Notes under the pieces: generated by a model
Seen by the model: only the letters and a program-made list of their open reading frames with translations
The model's database searches: none
Told to the model about the DNA's origin: nothing
Part shown: piece after piece, positions 33,697 to 36,692 of the stretch
How the letters are laid out: every line of letters begins with the position of its first letter
Numbering within the stretch: position 1 is the first letter of the stretch
Assembly: GCA_965601905.1 (NCBI GenBank)
Contig: CBFCXB010000001.1
Span: forward strand, 1 to 36,692
Length of the DNA: 36,692 nt
Reading direction: 5' to 3'
From: an uncultured bacterium
GTDB taxonomy: Bacteria > Krumholzibacteriota > Krumholzibacteriia > Krumholzibacteriales > Krumholzibacteriaceae
Made by a program: the position numbers and the translations under genes

Positions 33697-33943
33697 TGAG
33701 CATCTCCTCTAAAAGTCTACCATTTTAGTATACTATAAATTTAATCAGTTTCAACCTTTTTTCGATGGGGACATTTTTCAATGGTGACATTTCGGATGAT
33801 GGATCCTTCGGCGGCGTATCCATCACTGCGAATCGGATGCGATTCTGCTTGATTGTCTGGGGTGCCGGTAGCAAAATTTCATATGCTTTTTTCCGCTGCG
33901 TGATTCAATGCATCGCGGGCGGGATACAGGGAGGTGACTGCGA

Positions 33944-35036
33944 GTGGACGACTCGAACAAGAATAGCGGCGAGGAGCAGGAGGATCCTCGGATACTCGAT
34001 CTCATCGACGGGGCCAAGGGGGAGATTTCCGCGGTATCCCGCGAGGTCGAGATCCAGCACCAGATCGCGGCGAACAGCGACTACCCCATTGAAGAGCGGC
34101 TCGAGGCGTACGAGGATATCGTCGATTCCGAGGTGGGAGACACCGCGTTGGTCCGGGCGCGCAATATCGAGCGTGAGGTCGGGTTGCGTCAGATATTTCT
34201 CAAGTTCGAGGGAGGCAATCCGAGCGGCACCCAGAAGGACAGGATCGCGTTCGCGCAGGTGATGGACGCCCTCCGGCGGGGATTCGATGCGATCACGATC
34301 GCGACCTGCGGCAACTACGGAGTCGCCGTCGCCCTGGCGGCCTCGCTGGCGGGCCTCAGGTGTATCATTTTCATCCCCGAAGCATATCATACGAAACGGA
34401 CCAGGGAGATGGAAGATATCGGCGCCGAGATCAGCCGAATCCCCGGTGATTACGAGCAGGCCATCGATGTCTCGCAGGAGTATGCACGTGCGCACGAAAT
34501 GTACGACGCCAATCCCGGTGGCGAGAACACGGCGCAGCAGCTCAAGGCGTACGGTGAGATCGCCTACGAGATATACGACGAATTGCGCGACGCCCCCGCC
34601 GTGATCAGCGTCCCGGTCTCGAACGGGACGACCATTGCCGGGGTCTACAGGGGATTTCTGAGTCTCTACCGCCGTGGAAAGACATCCCGCATACCTCGGA
34701 TGGTGGCGGGCTCATCCTATATGAAAAATCCGATCGTGCAGGCATTCCGCCGGAACAGCCCCACCTGTGAGGACCTCAGACCCGAAAAAATTCACGAGAC
34801 GCCGGTGAACGAGCCGCTGATCAACTGGCGTTCGATCGATGGGGATTACGCACTCGAGGCGATACGCGAGACGGGTGGTTGGGCGGCGGATGCATCCGAT
34901 AAGGGGATGCTCGCGTTCAGCCGCATGATCAGGGAGCGCGAGGGGCTCAATGTGCTCCCGGCTTCGACGGCCGGCCTGGAAGGAGCCGCTCCAAAACGAC
35001 CGGTACGTAATCATCCTGACGGGGAGAAAATCATGA
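33944..35036 (+). pseudogene. fold-type II PLP-dependent enzyme (threonine synthase / cysteine synthase superfamily) with a frameshift near its 3' end
   Basis: The GTG start has GGGAGG 9 nt upstream. The PLP-lysine motif is FLKFEGGNPSGTQKDRIAFAQV, followed by TCGNYGVAVALAA and VPVSNGTTIAGV. After ...LPASTAGLEGAAP the family-typical ending ...NDRYVIILTGRKS* is in the +1 frame. Its TGA (35034-35036) overlaps the next ATG as ATGA. Deleting one A of the AAAA at 34993-34996 restores it. As sequenced, the ORF reads through into DUF1611. Confidence 0.75.
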
Positions 35037-36127
35037 CGGTTCCACGCGATGGAAACGCCGTCGTTTACTGCGAGGGTGCGTACAACACGCCGAACGGGAA
35101 AACGGCGCACGGCCTCGTGCGGTTCACGGAGCGATACCGTGTCCTCTCCGTCGTCGACTCGCGGCATGCCGGCGGGGATGCGGGAGAGATCCTGGACGGT
35201 GTGCGCAACGGGATACCGGTCGTTTCGGCGATCGAGAAGGCGGTCGGAGCGGCGTAGCGGGACGGCGTCACCGCAACCCACCTTGTCGTGGGACTTGCCC
35301 CGGACGGGGGGCGGCTTGCCGCCGCCGCGCGGAACGACGTGAAGCGGGCGATCGAGCTCTGTCTCAATGTCGATTGCGGGCTCCATGATTTCCTCTCCGA
35401 TGATGCCGAGATTGCGGATCTCGCCGCGCGGTACGATGTCACGCTGCGGGATGTCCGGAAAACTCCGCCACGGAGCGAACTTCATTTTTTCAGTGGTAAA
35501 ATCGAGGAGGTCACCTCGCTCACCATCGCCGCGCTCGGCACCGATTCGGCGATCGGCAAGCGGACGAGCGCTTGGATGCTCGTGCACGGCCTCCGCGCGG
35601 CGGGGTACACGGCTGAACTGGTCGGGACCGGCCAGACGGCATGGATGCAGGGTGCGCGGTACACCATACTGCTCGATTCGTTGATCAACGACTTCGTATC
35701 GGGGGAGATCGAGCACGCCGTATGGTCGGCATGGCGCGAAACAGCGGCGGACGTGATCGTCATCGAGGGGCAGGGGAGCCTCATGAATCCCGCCTACCCG
35801 GGCGGTTTCGAGATACTCGCTGCCGGCCGTCCCGAGGTCGTCATATTACAGCATGCTCCGGCACGGAAGGATTACGACGGTTTTCCCGGTTATCCGATTC
35901 AACCCCTGTCGCATCAGATCCAGGCGATCGAGGTGATCTCGGACAGGCCGGTGGTGGCGATCACCGTCAACCATGAGAATATTCCACCGGACGGCATTGC
36001 CGCTGTGTGTGCGGCGATCACACGCGAGACGGGACTGCCCGCGTTCGATCTCTTGATTGACGGGGCGGCGGGACTCGTGGATGTATTGAAATCACGTATC
36101 GGGGGGTGGTCGGGGGAACGCTCGTGA
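35033..36127 (+). pseudogene. DUF1611-family protein (family of N-acetyltransferase DgcN) interrupted by an in-frame TAG
   Basis: The N-terminal part is MTVPRDGNAVVYCEGAYNTPNGKTAHGLVRFTERYRVLSVVDS...IPVVSAIEKAVGAA. A TAG follows at 35255-35257. The same frame continues RDGVTATHLVVGLAPDGGRL...GLHDFLSDD...LGTDSAIGKRTSAWML...IEGQGSLMNPAYPGG...ILQHAP. Confidence 0.75.
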
Positions 36128-36201
36128 GTCGTCCGGGGGACGTCGATCCGACGGTGCGGTGAGAGCCGTGGCGCGGTATTTCACAAGAAGGAAAACGAAA
36201 A

Positions 36202-36692
36202 ATGATTGAGAAGAAGAAAAGGTCGGGCAGCGGCGCGGAGAATCCGCTCGCTCTCCTCCAGGTGATCGACCGGTTGGAGGTCGGCCCCGTCAGGGTGGAG
36301 CACCGGCGGCTCGTCGCTCCCTACCGGGTGTTCCGTGGCAGCTCCGAAGATAGGATCGATCTCATATATCGTTATGAGGAGGATGTCTTCGATCCGGAGG
36401 AAGAGGCTTCCCGCAACCTCGCGTGCATGATCGCCGCACAGGTTGCGATGAACTACGGTCTTTTTTGCGGATCGATCGTCCTGCATGGTTCCTTCGACGA
36501 GACCGACCGCCGGTTCATCCGCGATATGACGGAGAACACGTCACGGGAAATATACGTCAAGAAACTGCTCGAGGCGAATCCGTTTTATATCGGCGAGGAG
36601 GTGCCGTTCATGAAACGGCAGCGGTACACGGCTGCTACGATTCATTTCGCCGATTCGACTCCGGCGCGGGGTGGGGCGAAATGGCAACTCTG
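36202..36692 (+). CDS. hypothetical protein, N-terminal 163 aa; continues beyond the window
   Basis: My own translation from ATG 36202 (AAGGAAAA upstream) gives MIEKKKRSGSGAENPLALLQVIDRLEVGPVRVEHRRLVAPYRVFRGSSEDRIDLIYRYEEDVFDPEEEASRNLACMIAAQVAMNYGLFCGSIVLHGSFDETDRRFIRDMTENTSREIYVKKLLEANPFYIG... The frame stays open to the window edge. I do not recognise the family. Confidence 0.7.
   Translation, partial: MIEKKKRSGSGAENPLALLQVIDRLEVGPVRVEHRRLVAPYRVFRGSSEDRIDLIYRYEEDVFDPEEEASRNLACMIAAQVAMNYGLFCGSIVLHGSFDETDRRFIRDMTENTSREIYVKKLLEANPFYIGEEVPFMKRQRYTAATIHFADSTPARGGAKWQL

Noticed and set aside
1-36692. Alternative genetic code (TGA or TAG reassigned) as an explanation for the in-frame stops
   Set aside because: Well-supported genes in the window terminate at TGA (kinase, TonB, receptor, 622-aa protein), TAG (regulator, GAF, PorV-like) and TAA (NOX-like, P460-like). 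All of these end at family-appropriate C-termini, so all three codons act as stops.

Overview
This is a GC-rich (about 60% by eye, not computed) chromosomal segment with roughly 30 protein-coding genes. I recognise no rRNA, tRNA, CRISPR array, transposase, integrase or phage gene.

Lineage signal: three canonical T9SS type-A C-terminal sorting domains (NPFNPTTT...IYNV.G...GVYFY), a PorV/PorQ-like barrel and a CarboxypepD_reg-type TonB-dependent receptor. Together these point to an FCB-superphylum-like bacterium, possibly from an uncultured phylum.

Content, left to right:
- A MacAB-like efflux operon (ABC ATPase, HlyD adaptor, unknown exported protein) behind a candidate sigma-54 promoter, facing a divergent NtrC-type regulator and sensor kinase.
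- A decayed T9SS cargo gene and a GAF/fRMsr-like gene.
- TonB, then a TonB-dependent receptor, a 622-aa protein with a variant CTD-like tail, and a PorV/PorQ-like barrel.
- A GT-C glycosyltransferase fused to a TolB-like propeller, split at a G8 run.
- A cytochrome-P460-like gene, a NOX/ferric-reductase-type flavocytochrome and a 33-aa membrane-peptide ORF, in one operon.
- A non-canonical DHOD-like gene, two tandem GT-C paralogs, an S9B dipeptidyl peptidase and an SGNH hydrolase.
- Two paralogous exported proteins of unknown function, one of 739 aa with tandem Cys-containing repeats and a T9SS CTD.
- MarR, a 5'-truncated S41 peptidase, an FG-GAP T9SS cargo gene with an in-frame TGA, and an Rrf2 regulator.
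- A PLP-enzyme / DUF1611 / unknown-gene cluster in which both recognisable genes are disrupted.

Best hunt candidates:
1. The TBDR + CTD-protein + private PorV-like module.
2. The P460-like / NOX-like / mini-peptide operon.
3. The uncharacterised exported paralog pair.
4. The unusually high density of disrupted genes (about 7 of 30).

All family calls rest on motif recognition by eye. No database search was possible.
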